A DNA stretch of 57,243 bases, taken from an uncultured Candidatus Sumerlaeota bacterium (GTDB lineage Bacteria > Sumerlaeota > Sumerlaeia > UBA8349). The notes below the pieces were generated by a model that was not told the origin of the DNA, did no database searches, and saw only the letters and a program-made list of their open reading frames with translations. The translations under genes and the position numbers were made by a program. Location of the stretch: assembly GCA_964462565.1 (NCBI GenBank), contig CAYWYC010000003.1, positions 1 through 57,243 of the forward strand, in the 5' to 3' direction. Position 1 is the stretch's first letter. The number at the start of each line of letters is the position of its first letter. Of this stretch, positions 34,412 through 43,769 are shown one piece after another.

Positions 34412-36322
34412 ATGAGTATCCCTACTGGCGCACACTCTCTTCGTCGCAGCAGCTTCGGCTGGGTCTTTGCCGGCCTGGTGGCGCTTTTCTTTATGCTGCC
34501 CTGGCTGGCCCACAGCGATGTAGAGGTCGAAGCCAATGCCTCGCAGCGGAAGGTTATGGTCGGTGAAGAGTTCAGCTATTCGATCCGCATCGCATCGAAG
34601 AGCGAAAGGCTTTACCCCAACCGCACCCAGATCGAAGTGATGCCTTCCTTTGAGGGTTTGCGTCTGATTCAGTCATCTCCGGCCTTCCGCCAGAGCATCG
34701 TCAATGACCAGATTTCGATTTCCTGGACCTGGCGCGTCATGGCGGAGAAGGAAGGCCAGGCTCGCATCACGGAGGGCCGTGTCGTTTATCGGGGCAAGGC
34801 TTTTCCGCTGTCGGCCATTGACATCGAAGTCGTCAAAGATCCCGGTGACATTCTGCCCGAAGACCTGAAAGAAGCGGGTATCCTTTCCGCCAAGTCCGGC
34901 AACAGCGCCGTGGACAAGGAATTGCGCGGACGACTATTTGCCCAGTTGACCTTCGACAAGCAAAAGCCTTATCTCAAGGAATCCATCGAAGCCGTATGCA
35001 CCGTTTACTTCGAAGGTGTCAGCCTTAACAGCGTGGATTATAAAGCGCCGGAATGGGAAGACTTTTTTGTGGAAGAGGTGGACCTGGGACAATTGCGGGT
35101 GCGGGAAACGATGATCGGCGATCGCCGCTTCAAGGCGGTGGACGTGCGCAAGTTCATCCTGACTCCCACCAAGTCCGGCCCCATCAAAATTCCCATGTCT
35201 CAAGCCAGTTGTGAACTGGTCACACGCAGGCGGCGCTCCAATATTCTCGACGATCCTTTTTTCGACATGGGGATGCCATCCATGTTCGATTCCACCATTC
35301 CGATCCGCCTGCCCATCGCCACGAAGGAAATTGAAGTGCAGTCTCTGCCGGATGAAGGGCGGCCGCCGTCTTTTCAGGGAGCAGTGGGGCATTTTTCCTT
35401 TGCCGCCAGTGTCGATCAGAAACAACTTTCCGAAGACGACCTGCTGACCCTGCGTCTGGAAGTCGGTGGAACCGGATATATGGGCTCCATCGAGCAGCCC
35501 AAGTTGCCCGAGATGGAACAGTGGCGTGTGGTGGGCCGCCAGAAAAAAACACAAGCCGCCGGTAAATCGGAATCGCAAGACGGCAAGAAAGTTTTCGAGG
35601 TATTGCTCCGTCCCGAAAATGCGGGAGATCACCAGGTTCCGGAAATTCGCTATGCCTTTTTCGATCCTTCTCAGGGGCGCTATGTGGAGCAAGTGGCCGG
35701 GCCTTTTCAGGTACAGGTGAGTGAAGGGCAAAACCGTGAACTACTGGTCGCCCGGAACGTTTCAAACTCCAAGACAAATTCTACCCGCAAGGAAGCCGCG
35801 TTTTATGGCGAGCAGATGGCTTATATCCATGCCGCGCTTCCGGAGCAGGCGGCGTCTGTGCCTTTTTACCGGCGCGCCTGGTATCCCATCCTGCAGTTGC
35901 TGCCCTTTCTCATGGTTGGAGCAGCGGCTATATGGCAGAGAGTCCAGCGATACCGAGAGCAACATGCCGATCATATTCAGCGGCGGTCGGCGGGATCGCG
36001 CGCGCGCAAAGAACTGCGTGGAGCCAATGCCGCCTTGCGCAAGGGAGACCTGGACCAGTTCTATGTGTCGCTGGCTCAAGCCTTGCGCGAATATGTCTCC
36101 CTGAAAACGCAACGCTCCACCAGCGGCCTGACCCTGGACGATATCGAAACTGCCATTCAGGAACAAGGAGCCGACAGGGAAGCGGCCAGCAGCCTGCGCA
36201 AGATGATCGAACGTTGTGACATGGCGCGATATTCTTCGATGCAGGCGGATCAGCAAACCGCACAGCAGGATATCAAAAAGGCCGGCGACTTACTGAAGCG
36301 CATCGACAAAATGGTTCGATAG
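34412..36322 (+). CDS. batD: BatD (oxygen-tolerance-type) protein
   Basis: Signal peptide. VEVEANASQRKVMVGEEFSYSIRI...RVVYRGKAFPLSAIDIEV repeated beta-domain pattern, a late TM helix and a C-terminal helical domain. It sits between batC and batE. Confidence 0.75.
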   Translation: MSIPTGAHSLRRSSFGWVFAGLVALFFMLPWLAHSDVEVEANASQRKVMVGEEFSYSIRIASKSERLYPNRTQIEVMPSFEGLRLIQSSPAFRQSIVNDQISISWTWRVMAEKEGQARITEGRVVYRGKAFPLSAIDIEVVKDPGDILPEDLKEAGILSAKSGNSAVDKELRGRLFAQLTFDKQKPYLKESIEAVCTVYFEGVSLNSVDYKAPEWEDFFVEEVDLGQLRVRETMIGDRRFKAVDVRKFILTPTKSGPIKIPMSQASCELVTRRRRSNILDDPFFDMGMPSMFDSTIPIRLPIATKEIEVQSLPDEGRPPSFQGAVGHFSFAASVDQKQLSEDDLLTLRLEVGGTGYMGSIEQPKLPEMEQWRVVGRQKKTQAAGKSESQDGKKVFEVLLRPENAGDHQVPEIRYAFFDPSQGRYVEQVAGPFQVQVSEGQNRELLVARNVSNSKTNSTRKEAAFYGEQMAYIHAALPEQAASVPFYRRAWYPILQLLPFLMVGAAAIWQRVQRYREQHADHIQRRSAGSRARKELRGANAALRKGDLDQFYVSLAQALREYVSLKTQRSTSGLTLDDIETAIQEQGADREAASSLRKMIERCDMARYSSMQADQQTAQQDIKKAGDLLKRIDKMVR

Positions 36323-36330
36323 GAAAAAGA

Positions 36331-37164
36331 ATGCAGCGAAAAAGAATCCCCTTACTCCTGATGATAATAGCCGCAGGTCTGCTGACCGCTCTGGTGGGGA
36401 ATTGCCGGGCCCTATCCGCTGAAACCTATGCTGAAAAATGGAGCCAAGCCAACGAGGCCTATCGCGCGGAAGAATACGAGAGGGCCGCAGCAATATATGA
36501 AGACCTGCTGCGTGAAGGGGCTTCCAATGCCAGAACCTATTACAACCTTGGCAATGCTTATTCGCACATGAAAATGCCGGGCATGGCGGCTTGGATGTAT
36601 GAAAACGCCTTGGCCCAAAAGCCGCGCATGCAAGATGCCCGACATAATCTGGCCCTGGTCCGGAGCCATATTGCCAACAACGAAAATGATGAGGCCTTCT
36701 TTTTATTCAAACCCTTCATCTGGCTCGCCGCGCGTCTGACGGCCGGAGAATGGTCCGCCATCCTTTGGCTGTTCTCCAGCCTGACCGGCCTCTGCGCTGT
36801 ATTCTGGATATTATCAAAACCAGGAATGATGCAATTTATTGCAAAAGCAGGCTTTTTTGTCGGTGCCTTTTTCATGGTGATCAGTTTGCTCTTTTTCCTT
36901 CCGCAGCTCTATCAGACGGAATTCCAGCGCTACGGCGTTGTCGTCGAGCCGGATACTATCGTCCGGAGCGGTCCCGGTCAGCAGCACGAAGCCTATTATG
37001 AAACATCGGAATCGGAGAAATATCTCATCCAGTCGGAATCGCAAATCGCCGGATGGCTGCGCGTGAAGCACCCGCAAACGGGCCGCGCCGGTTATTTGCC
37101 CGAAGAAAGCATCCACCTGATTACGAGGGATCCTGACGTCATTAAAAAAGCCCTGGCTGAATAA
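36331..37164 (+). CDS. batE: BatE: TPR + TM + SH3b domain protein
   Basis: TPR segments (ANEAYRAEEYERAAAIYEDLL..., YYNLGNAY). TM helices. C-terminal SH3-like GVVVEPDTIVRSGPG...GWLRVKHPQTGRAGYLPEESI. Confidence 0.8.
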   Translation: MQRKRIPLLLMIIAAGLLTALVGNCRALSAETYAEKWSQANEAYRAEEYERAAAIYEDLLREGASNARTYYNLGNAYSHMKMPGMAAWMYENALAQKPRMQDARHNLALVRSHIANNENDEAFFLFKPFIWLAARLTAGEWSAILWLFSSLTGLCAVFWILSKPGMMQFIAKAGFFVGAFFMVISLLFFLPQLYQTEFQRYGVVVEPDTIVRSGPGQQHEAYYETSESEKYLIQSESQIAGWLRVKHPQTGRAGYLPEESIHLITRDPDVIKKALAE

Positions 37165-37203
37165 TCTCCGCCAGGGCCTGATCATCGACTCGATATCGAT
37201 TTG

Positions 37204-38472
37204 TTATTTCTGGTAGCGCTTCACGCGAACCTCAGCCGTGATGCCGTGGGCCAGCATCCGCTCTATCTTGCACTGCCGTTCGGTCACTTCGCCCACCTTG
37301 ATGCTCGCTTCGGGCGTCATCTTCTGGTAGGTCACCGTCTTGATAAACTTGCCAACCCACACACCGCCGGTGTATCGCGCGGAACGGCTCGTGGGCAGGA
37401 TGTGGTTGGTGCCGATAGATTTGTCGCCGTAGGCCACGGTGGTTTCTTCGCCGATGAAGAGCGAGCCGTAGTTTGTCAGGCGGTCAAAGTAATAGTCCTG
37501 ATCTTCCACGTGAATTTCGAGATGCTCGGGGGCGTAGTCGTCGCTGATTTCGATGGCCTCATCCGCACTGTCGGCCACCACGACAATGCCGTTCGTCCCC
37601 CAGGATTGCGAAGCAATGTCCTTGGTGGGCAGGATTTCCATCTGCTTGTCGATCTGGGCAAGGGTGTCCCGGGCAAAATCCTCGCTCAGGCAGATCAGGA
37701 TCTGTCCACTGTTTGGATCGTGTTCGGCCTGACCCAGAATGTCGCAGGCCACCAGTTCGGGATCGGCCTTGTCGTCGGCGATGACAGCGATTTCCGTCGG
37801 ACCGGCCAGCAGGTCGATGCCGCATTGCCCGAAAAGTTGGCGTTTGGCTTCGGCTACGAATTTGTTGCCCGCGCCGCAAAGCATATCGGCAGGCGGCGCC
37901 ACACCCATGCCATAGGCCATCAGCGCAAAACTCTGAACGCCGCCGAGGATAAAGATGCGGTCGGCGCCGGCCTTTTTCATGGCGTTGATCGTGGCGGGAT
38001 AGTAGCCTTCGCCCTTCACGGGAGGCGTACAGCCCACCACCGTTTTCACACCGGCCACCTTGGCGGGGATAATGCTCATCTGCGCCGAACCGAACATGGG
38101 ATAACGTCCGCCGGGCACGTAGCTGCCCACGCAATTCACGGGGATGTGCTTGTGGCCCAAAACCACGCCCGGGCGAATTTCCACTTCCAGGGGGTGCATG
38201 GTCTTGAACTGGGCCTCGGCAAATTCGCGAACGTTTTTCTGGCAGAAATCCGTATCGGCAATCAGCAGATCATCGCATTTCGAAATGGCCTCCTCGATTT
38301 CTTTCTCACTCAATTCAAAGTTGTCCGGCGACCAGTCGTCAAAGCGCTCACTGTATTTGCGCACGGCGTCCATGCCGTTTTTTTCCAGGTCCATCAAAAG
38401 CTCCGACACATATTTCGCCGTCTCGTGATCCTGCTCAAACAAGCGATGGCCGCCATCTTTAATGATTTTCAT
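37204..38472 (-). CDS. hisD: Histidinol dehydrogenase family protein
   Basis: GQAEHDPNS, DDYAPEHLEI and GDKSIGTNHILPT motifs. The start at 38472 has AGGGAG 7 nt upstream; the track start at 38520 is less likely. Confidence 0.85.
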   Translation of the reverse strand: MKIIKDGGHRLFEQDHETAKYVSELLMDLEKNGMDAVRKYSERFDDWSPDNFELSEKEIEEAISKCDDLLIADTDFCQKNVREFAEAQFKTMHPLEVEIRPGVVLGHKHIPVNCVGSYVPGGRYPMFGSAQMSIIPAKVAGVKTVVGCTPPVKGEGYYPATINAMKKAGADRIFILGGVQSFALMAYGMGVAPPADMLCGAGNKFVAEAKRQLFGQCGIDLLAGPTEIAVIADDKADPELVACDILGQAEHDPNSGQILICLSEDFARDTLAQIDKQMEILPTKDIASQSWGTNGIVVVADSADEAIEISDDYAPEHLEIHVEDQDYYFDRLTNYGSLFIGEETTVAYGDKSIGTNHILPTSRSARYTGGVWVGKFIKTVTYQKMTPEASIKVGEVTERQCKIERMLAHGITAEVRVKRYQK

Positions 38473-38546
38473 GCTCGATCTCCCTGTATCTGAAATAATA
38501 TTATGTCTGGTTCGTTTCAAGCTGATCTACCGAATATTCGCAACCA

Positions 38547-38574
38547 ATTGTAGCGTGGCGGGCTGTGTTGTCAA
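38547..38574 (-). promoter_or_regulatory. Sigma70-type promoter for hisD
   Basis: The minus strand reads TTGACA-N16-TACAAT. Confidence 0.6.
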
Positions 38575-38616
38575 GTCTGACGTTGCGTAAATTGGAAATG
38601 GATTTGATGACTATAC

Positions 38617-38640
38617 TCACAAAAGAGCAAAACTTGCTCA
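38617..38640 (-). terminator. Weak rho-independent terminator overlapping the hemW stop
   Basis: Minus strand: tGAgcaa-gtt-ttgctc, then ttttgtg. 6-bp stem, 3-nt loop. Confidence 0.4.
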
Positions 38641-39843
38641 GAAAAATTCCAGAAAAACGCTGTCCGAAAAAAGCAGGCCTTCTTCCGTAAGCGACACATG
38701 GCCATCCCGAATCCGGAGATGTCCCCGGTCCACGCACAGGGCGATCTCGGTGGCGTATTCTGTCTGAAAGTCACAATCCAGAACCCGGTTCAGCCAGTCC
38801 AGACAGACGCCTTCGCACTGGCGGAGCGCCAGCATGATGCACTCGCCCCGCCGCGACCGAGGTGAGCTTTCCAGATCTTTTTCGGCGGCTCTTTCTCCAC
38901 GGGATATATCTTTTCGCCATTGTTCCAGATCATCCGAATTCATATAACGGCTTCCATCCAGATAACTGTGCGCACCGGGCCCAAGCCCCAGGTATTGCGC
39001 CATGGTCCAATAGAGCCGATTGTGTCGGCTTTCGTGACCCGGCAGGGCATAGTTCGATATTTCGTAATGCCGATATCCCGCCTCGCGGAGCATCTTTCGC
39101 GCAAGCAGAAACATGTCACGCTGGGTTTCATCGTCAGGCAGACGCAAGCGGCCCGATTCATATTCCGCCATCATGCCCGTGCCTTCGTGGAGCGTCAGCC
39201 CATAGACCGACAAATGGGGCGGACGGATTTCCAGCGTACGGTTTAATTCTTCGCGCCAGCTTTCCAGGTTGGATTCCGGCACGCCATAAATAAGGTCCAT
39301 CGCCCATGATGCAAAGCCCGCATCCCGTATCGCCCGGATAGCCTTCTCCGAGTCGGAGGCGCAATGCGCCCTTCCCAGATTTTCCAATGTTCGCTGCTTA
39401 AAGCCCTGTACGCCCAGGCTGATCCGATTTACCCCGGCCGCTTGAAAGGCTTCCAAACGCGCGCGCTCAATCGTCCCAGGATTACATTCCAGCGTGATTT
39501 CCGCTCCCCCATATTCCACAAAGCCACGCACGGGATGGTCCATCTCAATTTCCCGCAAGATGGCCGCGATCTCCGCCGGTTCCAGAATGGATGGCGTGCC
39601 GCCTCCGAAATAAATGGAATCGATTGGCGTTTCGGAAAGAAATGGAAATGCCTCTCGCCAAAGAAGCCATTCCCTGCGGATGGTTTCGGCAAAGCGTGCG
39701 CGATAATCGGACGAGATTTTTGACAGAGGCAAGGATAGAAAATCGCAATACCCGCATTTGGACAGGCAGAAAGGAACGTGAATATAGACGCCGAATCGAG
39801 ACTCTGGCGGAGTCTCCGGCCTGGAATGAGAATCTGGATTCAT
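38638..39843 (-). CDS. hemW: Radical SAM heme chaperone HemW (coproporphyrinogen III oxidase-like)
   Basis: YIHVPFCLSKCGYCDF CxxxCxxC motif and IYFGGGTPS. Confidence 0.9.
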   Translation of the reverse strand: MNPDSHSRPETPPESRFGVYIHVPFCLSKCGYCDFLSLPLSKISSDYRARFAETIRREWLLWREAFPFLSETPIDSIYFGGGTPSILEPAEIAAILREIEMDHPVRGFVEYGGAEITLECNPGTIERARLEAFQAAGVNRISLGVQGFKQRTLENLGRAHCASDSEKAIRAIRDAGFASWAMDLIYGVPESNLESWREELNRTLEIRPPHLSVYGLTLHEGTGMMAEYESGRLRLPDDETQRDMFLLARKMLREAGYRHYEISNYALPGHESRHNRLYWTMAQYLGLGPGAHSYLDGSRYMNSDDLEQWRKDISRGERAAEKDLESSPRSRRGECIMLALRQCEGVCLDWLNRVLDCDFQTEYATEIALCVDRGHLRIRDGHVSLTEEGLLFSDSVFLEFF

Positions 39844-40631
39844 GGCACAAAAGGAGCGGGTCGGTCGGTTTCCGCTTGGGGGAGCGCTTTTTTCAAATCA
39901 TCGGGCACAGGACCGACGATGACGTTATCGGAAATTTGCTTGAACAGTTTTTCGTTGATACCAAAAACCCCTTGCAAGTCGTTTATGGAAGCAAAGCCGC
40001 CGACGGCTTTTCGATGCTGAATAATCAGGCGCGCCCGGTTGATATCCATGGCGGGCAGCTCCGCCAGTTCGTCGAGAGACACGCGATTCAGATCCGGCTT
40101 ATCGGGCTTTGCCTTGGCCTTTTTCTCAACGGTCTTCTTTGCTTTTTCCGGGGCTTCAGGCTTCGGCTCCGGTTCAACAGGCAGGCCGGATGCTTCTTCC
40201 ACTTCTTCAGGGGCTTCAGATACAGCAGGCGGATTCGCGCTTGTATTGAAACGGGAAAGCACATTTTCCCGGGCTTTTCCGAGTTTGTCCTCAATCGTAT
40301 TCATGAGCGGCCGGGTATTTAGGGTGCTTGTAGAGGCGGCATTATTGGGAGTTTCCTGCGGGGAACTGTTTTGGGGCGGTTTTGTTTCGTCAAATCCCAG
40401 GGCATCGTAAAGGCTGTCGCCTTCCACGGAATGGGTAGCAGGCCCTTTGGCTTCATCGGCCTGGGCCAGAACAAGGGGCTGTCTGATTTCGGGATCTAGA
40501 AAATCGCCAACCAGGGGTATCTCTTGGTTGGCGAGAATCGGATTCAGAAAAAGAAATGAAACAAGAAGCAATACCTGAAAGAAAAAAATACCCCGCAAGG
40601 CCACGGAAAAGGATCGCTTGAAGAAAAACAT
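39840..40631 (-). CDS. comEA: ComEA-family helix-hairpin-helix DNA-binding protein
   Basis: N-terminal TM or signal. C-terminal LNRVSLDELAELPAMDINRARLIIQHRKAVGGFASINDLQGVFGINEKLFKQI. 4-nt overlap with hemW. Confidence 0.8.
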   Translation of the reverse strand: MFFFKRSFSVALRGIFFFQVLLLVSFLFLNPILANQEIPLVGDFLDPEIRQPLVLAQADEAKGPATHSVEGDSLYDALGFDETKPPQNSSPQETPNNAASTSTLNTRPLMNTIEDKLGKARENVLSRFNTSANPPAVSEAPEEVEEASGLPVEPEPKPEAPEKAKKTVEKKAKAKPDKPDLNRVSLDELAELPAMDINRARLIIQHRKAVGGFASINDLQGVFGINEKLFKQISDNVIVGPVPDDLKKALPQAETDRPAPFVP

Positions 40632-40809
40632 AACGCAACACCTTTCCCGACCACTCGCAAAAGATTGCGAAACACCACTGCCTTATTTGCTTGAGGAAGG
40701 AAAACATACGATCCATCGTTGGCAAATAAAGATCAGTAACTGAATTGCTCCCGACGATCTCGTCCAGCGAAAGTTCAAAAGGAAGATTCCGATGGACGAA
40801 AGCGCCCAA

Positions 40810-41019
40810 TCAGTCCATCTTGGAAACGTTCAGGGCATGAAGTCCCTTTGGACCGCTCGAAATTTCAAATTCCACACGGTCGCCTTCTGAAAGGGTCTTG
40901 AAGCCTTCGGAGTTGATGGCCGAGTAATGCACGAAGACATCTTCCCCGCTTGCCTGCTCGATGAAACCAAAACCCTTCTTGTCATTAAACCACTTTACTG
41001 TACCTTCTGCTCCCATCAT
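40810..41019 (-). CDS. cspA: Cold-shock protein (CspA family)
   Basis: [15 protein letters not shown] (RNP1) and DVFVHYSAI (RNP2). 69 aa. Confidence 0.95.
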   Translation of the reverse strand: MMGAEGTVKWFNDKKGFGFIEQASGEDVFVHYSAINSEGFKTLSEGDRVEFEISSGPKGLHALNVSKMD

Positions 41020-41290
41020 GACACCTCTTCTTATTGAAAATGAAGAAACATGACGAATTCACCAATCAAGCCATCCAGCGCTTAACAGGCAGCATTCCTA
41101 CTTTAAGATAAATACTTCGGTAAGGAAAAGGTATTGCTGCGAGAAAGCGGAATGACGTTAATCAGATCCTTCCCAGCTTCCCTCCGATCTGGGGCAAACA
41201 GACCGAATAGTTTAACCATGCGCTATCTGCCGAGTCATGTCAAGAAAAAAATATCGGTTTTCAAGTTTGAAATCATTCTGCTTATCTTTC

Positions 41291-42337
41291 TCAACATCGT
41301 AATATTCTCTCTGCCGTGGCGCGAAGAAGATCGCTTTCGGAAGCATCATCACGAATCCTGAATAGTATATTGTTCAGATCGGTCCTTTTTTGGTTTCCAG
41401 CCACGATGATGGCGTTTCGCAGCAATCCCCGCCTTCGCGCACGCAGCATCGGGCTTTGGGACAGCCGCTTCTGGAAGTCCCGGTTGGACCCGATACCGAG
41501 AATGCGCGACAAGCTTGCGTTGCCTCCGTCAATGGAATCCCCTTCCGGATCTGCGGCGGGCATCAGTTCCGGGTTTTGGCAGCCAGGTGTATCGCGGTTA
41601 AAGGGACAGCACGCCTGACAACTATCGCAGCCAAAGAGACGCATCCCCAGGCATTCTTCATATTGCTCCGGAAACGCACCATGGTGTTCAATAGTCAGGT
41701 AGGAAAAACATTTGCGCGCGTTAAGCGTATATGCTTTTTCAAGCGCTCCCGTTGGACAGGCACGCAGGCATCGTTCACAATCGCCGCACTGGTCTTCCAT
41801 CGGGTAGTCCGGTTCCAGAGGCACGGTCGCGACTATCGCCCCAAGCACCAGCCAACTCCCATGGACAGGATGGATAAGGCAGTTGTTTTTTCCAATGAAT
41901 CCGATACCCGCCTCCCGGGCGTAGGCGCGCTCCAGCAGGGGCCCGGAATCGACGAAACAACGACATTGCGCGCCCGGGGACAATTCGGAAATATATGCGG
42001 CCAGTTTCGCCAAGCGCGGGACCAGAACATAATGGTAGTCCTTCCCCAAGGCATAACGGGCGACACGTCCTTCGGGCATTCCGGAAAGCCGCGACAGATC
42101 CGGCGCTTCCTGCGCGTAAGACATGGCAAGCATGATGACCGATTGCGCTCCGGGCAGAAGCAATTCGGGATTCACGCGCTCATCCACTGTCTCTTGCAGA
42201 AAGTGCATATCCGCCTGCCTGCCGTGGGCCAGCCATTGGCGCAGGTGTTTTTCCTGCTCCGGCAAGGGCCTGGCACGCGCAACGCCTGCCAGGTCGAAGC
42301 CAATATCCATTGCCATTTGCTTGATTTTTTCTTTCAT
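41291..42337 (-). CDS. queG: Epoxyqueuosine reductase
   Basis: MKEKIKQMAMDIGFDLAGVA..., 4Fe-4S motif CGDCERCLRACPTGAL, C-terminal HEAT-like region. Confidence 0.9.
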   Translation of the reverse strand: MKEKIKQMAMDIGFDLAGVARARPLPEQEKHLRQWLAHGRQADMHFLQETVDERVNPELLLPGAQSVIMLAMSYAQEAPDLSRLSGMPEGRVARYALGKDYHYVLVPRLAKLAAYISELSPGAQCRCFVDSGPLLERAYAREAGIGFIGKNNCLIHPVHGSWLVLGAIVATVPLEPDYPMEDQCGDCERCLRACPTGALEKAYTLNARKCFSYLTIEHHGAFPEQYEECLGMRLFGCDSCQACCPFNRDTPGCQNPELMPAADPEGDSIDGGNASLSRILGIGSNRDFQKRLSQSPMLRARRRGLLRNAIIVAGNQKRTDLNNILFRIRDDASESDLLRATAERILRC

Positions 42338-42404
42338 GAGTAACGGCGACCTTACGCTCAAAAACATGTTTCATAATTATGCCTGTTCCCCACGGAATGG
42401 GCAA

Positions 42405-42452
42405 AATAAAAAAAGCCCGAAGGTGCTTCGTCAAAAGAATCACCTTCGGGCT
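42405..42452 (-). terminator. Rho-independent terminator after pilC
   Basis: Perfect 12-bp stem agcccgaaggtg/caccttcgggct followed by a T-rich run on the minus strand. Confidence 0.85.
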
Positions 42453-42476
42453 GGCTGTGCCTGGAAACGTAGAGGA

Positions 42477-43712
42477 TTAACTCACGTATTCGATCATCTT
42501 GAAGAGCGGCATGAACATGGCAATCACGATAAAGCCGATGACCACACCGAGGAAGACGATAAGCAGGGGCTCGATCAACGAGGTCAGCCCGGAAACCGTG
42601 GCATCCACCTGGTCTTCATAAAAGTCGGCGATTTTACTGAGCATGCTTTCCAGCGAACCAACGCGCTCACCCACGTCGATCATGCGAGTAACCATGGGCG
42701 GAAAAATCCCGCTCTCGGCCAGAGGCTTGGCAATGCTTTCGCCACTCTGGATGGAAATCTTGGTCTGGATAATGGCATCTTCCACGATCGAATTACCCGC
42801 CGTAGCGGCCACAATGTCCAATGCCCCCAGAATATTAACGCCTGATTTGATCAGCGTGCTCAGGGTTCGGGAAAACTTGGAGATACTCACCTTCAGGAAA
42901 AGAGGGCCGAAAATCGGCATGCGCAATTTGGCACGGTCGATGGCGCGCTTTCCGGTTTCTGTTTTCTTCCAATACCACAGAAAAATGATCGTAACGACGA
43001 GAATACCCAGAATGATAAGGCCATTATTGCGAACCAATTCACTCGCGGTCATAACGATAACTGTCGGGATCGGCAACTTTCCCTCGATGGCTTCAAAAAT
43101 TTCTTCGAAAACCGGAACCACCGATGTGAGCAGGAAAACCGTAATGAGAATAGCCACTGTCGCCACTGTAGCCGGATACATGACCGCCGATTTCACCTTG
43201 CGCTGCAAAGACGCCACCTTTTCCAGATAGGTAGCGATCTGATCCAAAATCGACGCCAGCATACCGGCGGCTTCACCGGCCTTCACCATGCTGATAAAGA
43301 AAGTGTTGAAAACCTTGGGGTGTTTGCCCAGGGCTTCCGTCAAGGAAGAACCCGCTTCGACTTCCTTTTCGATGCTGGTCAATACTTCGCGCATGGCGAT
43401 CTTGTCCGCCTGCTCGCTCAGGATATCCAGCACCTCGATAAGGGGCAGACCGGCTCGAATCATGGTTGCGAACTGGCGAGAGAAAACCACGAGGTCGTCC
43501 AATTTGACCTTGCCTGCTTTGCCTTTCTTTTTACGGGCAATCACAGAGCCTGATTCTTGCGCCTGGGCTCCCGCTGCGCCTTCCTGGATGTTGGTCGGGG
43601 TCAGGCCCTGTTCGCGCAATTGTCGGACCACCAGAGACTGCGAAGTCGCGTCAAGAGATCCTGTTACAACCTGTCCCTGTGCGTTTCGTGCTGCGTATTG
43701 GAATGACGGCAT
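42477..43712 (-). CDS. pilC: Type IV pilus / type II secretion platform protein (PilC/GspF family)
   Basis: Two T2SSF-type repeats; 411 aa. Typical N-terminus MPSFQYAARNAQGQVVTGSLDA. Confidence 0.9.
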   Translation of the reverse strand: MPSFQYAARNAQGQVVTGSLDATSQSLVVRQLREQGLTPTNIQEGAAGAQAQESGSVIARKKKGKAGKVKLDDLVVFSRQFATMIRAGLPLIEVLDILSEQADKIAMREVLTSIEKEVEAGSSLTEALGKHPKVFNTFFISMVKAGEAAGMLASILDQIATYLEKVASLQRKVKSAVMYPATVATVAILITVFLLTSVVPVFEEIFEAIEGKLPIPTVIVMTASELVRNNGLIILGILVVTIIFLWYWKKTETGKRAIDRAKLRMPIFGPLFLKVSISKFSRTLSTLIKSGVNILGALDIVAATAGNSIVEDAIIQTKISIQSGESIAKPLAESGIFPPMVTRMIDVGERVGSLESMLSKIADFYEDQVDATVSGLTSLIEPLLIVFLGVVIGFIVIAMFMPLFKMIEYVS

Positions 43713-43769
43713 AATCTCCTCCTTTTGTCACGGCCTCCGCTTATAACAGAAAGGCCAATCTCCCCTTTT

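Noticed and set aside
37201-38493. 430-aa plus-strand ORF
   Set aside because: It is antisense to hisD, which has the QAEHD and GTNHILPT motifs.
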